Assembly: GCA_903916665.1 (NCBI GenBank)
Contig: CAIWXP010000104.1
Span: forward strand, 1 to 5,400
DNA: 5,400 nucleotides
Reading direction: 5' to 3'
Source of the DNA: Candidatus Iainarchaeum sp.
GTDB lineage: Archaea; Iainarchaeota; Iainarchaeia; Iainarchaeales; 0-14-0-20-30-16
A program made the translations under genes and the position numbers. The notes beneath the pieces were generated by a model, which saw only the letters and a list, made by a program, of their open reading frames with translations, had not been told where the DNA came from and made no database searches. The stretch's first letter is position 1. Each line of letters opens with the position of its first letter. Positions 4,355-5,400 of the stretch are shown in pieces.

Positions 4355-5116
4355 ATGCAAAACAAAAATAAATGTGGAATTCTTGTTTTAATTCCACACT
4401 CTAGTACTAAACGACCAAAAGAAATCAAAAAGAACCTATTACACCCAAATCATAAAAAAATGTTATTTGGAGATTCTGCAGAAACTGATAGAGGTACTGA
4501 GAAACTATACAATTTAAAACAAATAATTAATGTTAATCAAATTGTTTTTAAAATTGGTCAAATATATGTTAATGTTTTAAGACATCCAAATAAATTAGAG
4601 GAATCTATACCTACGCACATACGAGGAAAACCAATATATAAAATAGGAAAAGAAATTGATTTAAAACTAAGAAAAAAATTAATAAAAAAGTATCATTCTG
4701 ATTTTTACAACCATATAAAAAAATTAAAGCCCAAACTAATCTTTAATGGCCATTCAACAATTACTGGGCACAGTAGTTTAAAAAATGAAAAGCTAATTTG
4801 GGACATATTTTTAGTAAAAAGTACAACAGAATATTTGGGAAAATATAAACCTCTTGAAGAAAAAATTACTAATTTTTATATAGATGAACTAAAGAAAAGA
4901 TTACCAAATTTAAAAATATGTGTTTCAAATTTATATGTAAACAACTATGACCATATTTTTAGTATAACTAAAAGAAAGGTTCCCGTAATAACCCAGGAAA
5001 CCAATGAAAACCTATATATTAAAAATAATAAAATTAATTTAAAAAAAGTAAAAATATTAAGAAAGGCATTTGCAGAATCTTTATTAGAAACTGCAAAACA
5101 CTTTAAATTAATGTGA
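4355..5116 (+). CDS. N-formylglutamate amidohydrolase (FGase, PF05013)-family protein, divergent, 253 aa
   Basis: The block order matches my recollection of the FGase family. LVLIPHSSTKRP corresponds to PHaG...P. DSAETDRGTEKLY corresponds to D.gtd.l. IYVNVLRHPN corresponds to viDlNR. LIKKYHSDFYNHI corresponds to yh..l. LIFNGHST corresponds to lDlHS. VITQETNENLY corresponds to alQiEin..lY. Several positions are substituted, so the function is uncertain. Confidence 0.5.
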   Translation: MQNKNKCGILVLIPHSSTKRPKEIKKNLLHPNHKKMLFGDSAETDRGTEKLYNLKQIINVNQIVFKIGQIYVNVLRHPNKLEESIPTHIRGKPIYKIGKEIDLKLRKKLIKKYHSDFYNHIKKLKPKLIFNGHSTITGHSSLKNEKLIWDIFLVKSTTEYLGKYKPLEEKITNFYIDELKKRLPNLKICVSNLYVNNYDHIFSITKRKVPVITQETNENLYIKNNKINLKKVKILRKAFAESLLETAKHFKLM

Positions 5117-5400
5117 TGTTTTTTCAATCATTTTTAATGTTATTTCTTTTGGTTTGTCTGCATTTTCTAATCCTTGAAATGTTATTTCTGGAAAATTAGA
5201 TGCGCCTTGACCAGCTGTTTGAAAACCTAATCTTTTAACACCAAACATTTGGTCAACCAACGTTTGTAAAATATCAACATTGGTTATTTTGTAAAATGGA
5301 ACAAACTTTTCTCTTTTAGTTAAAAATCCGCCAATAAAATGAACTCCTTTGTCTGTGATTTTATATTTATAGGTATTTAATTGTATTTTTAAAAATATCA
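5108..5400 (-). CDS. bPH_2 (YdbT/YdbS-like bacterial-type PH domain, PF03703) protein, C-terminal 96 aa; N-terminus beyond the right edge
   Basis: Hand translation of the minus strand, in frame from 5398 to stop TAA (complement of 5108-5110), gives ..IFLKIQLNTYKYKITDKGVHFIGGFLTKREKFVPFYKITNVDILQTLVDQMFGVKRLGFQTAGQGASNFPEITFQGLENADKPKEITLKMIEKTSH. This fits the bPH_2 pattern y.lt...l....G.l.r....ip..rI..v...q....r..gl..l.i.tag.......i.gl. It is not in the ORF track because no long Met-initiated piece lies inside the window. Confidence 0.6.
   Translation of the reverse strand, partial: IFLKIQLNTYKYKITDKGVHFIGGFLTKREKFVPFYKITNVDILQTLVDQMFGVKRLGFQTAGQGASNFPEITFQGLENADKPKEITLKMIEKTSH

Noticed and set aside
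4945-5127. 60-aa minus-strand ORF at the end of the FGase-like gene
   Set aside because: It is antisense to the FGase-like frame and in a different frame from the real minus-strand bPH_2 ORF, which stops at 5108. It has no motif content.
1-5400. Search for CRISPR repeats, tRNA/rRNA genes, transposase/integrase genes, terminal inverted repeats, and toxin-antitoxin or known defence-system genes
   Set aside because: None was found. There are no regularly spaced repeats and no GC-rich cloverleaf-capable islands; the only GC-richer patches are the K/A repeat gene and its hairpin. No recombinase-like ORFs are present, so I make no mobile-element or defence-island claim.

Overview
Very AT-rich, gene-dense window; GC looks well under one third by eye (not computed). 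The content points to a small-genome archaeon, possibly DPANN-like. The evidence is an archaeal-type ThrRS editing-domain fold, Lrp/AsnC regulators, a zinc/methanogen-type SerRS-like motif 3, TATA-like boxes about 26 nt upstream of several ATGs (suggesting leaderless mRNAs), and Shine-Dalgarno-like sites only at operon-internal starts. I support nine protein-coding genes. (1) The 3' end of a SerRS-like class II aminoacyl-tRNA synthetase, running in from the left edge. (2) A small radical SAM enzyme whose start overlaps that gene's stop (ATGA). (3) A 47-aa Lys/Ala/Pro-rich histone-H1-like basic protein that is absent from the ORF track; the track instead shows its antisense shadow. (4) A 318-aa internally duplicated Lrp/AsnC regulator on the minus strand. 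(5-8) A co-directional cluster, divergent from that regulator: a class I SAM methyltransferase, a free-standing archaeal ThrRS-type editing (DTD-like) domain, a TraB/PrgY/Tiki-superfamily protein, and an N-formylglutamate-amidohydrolase-family protein. (9) The 3' end of a minus-strand bPH_2 (YdbT-like PH) domain protein that is also absent from the track and overlaps gene 8 convergently by 9 bp. I saw no rRNA, tRNA, CRISPR array, transposase/integrase or long repeats. Nothing here matches a known defence or mobile system. The most interesting items are the unannotated H1-like gene, the SerRS-like/radical-SAM coupling, and the Lrp-flanked cluster of aminoacyl-ester and amide hydrolase-type genes. 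All family assignments rest on motif recognition from memory and need HMM or structure searches.
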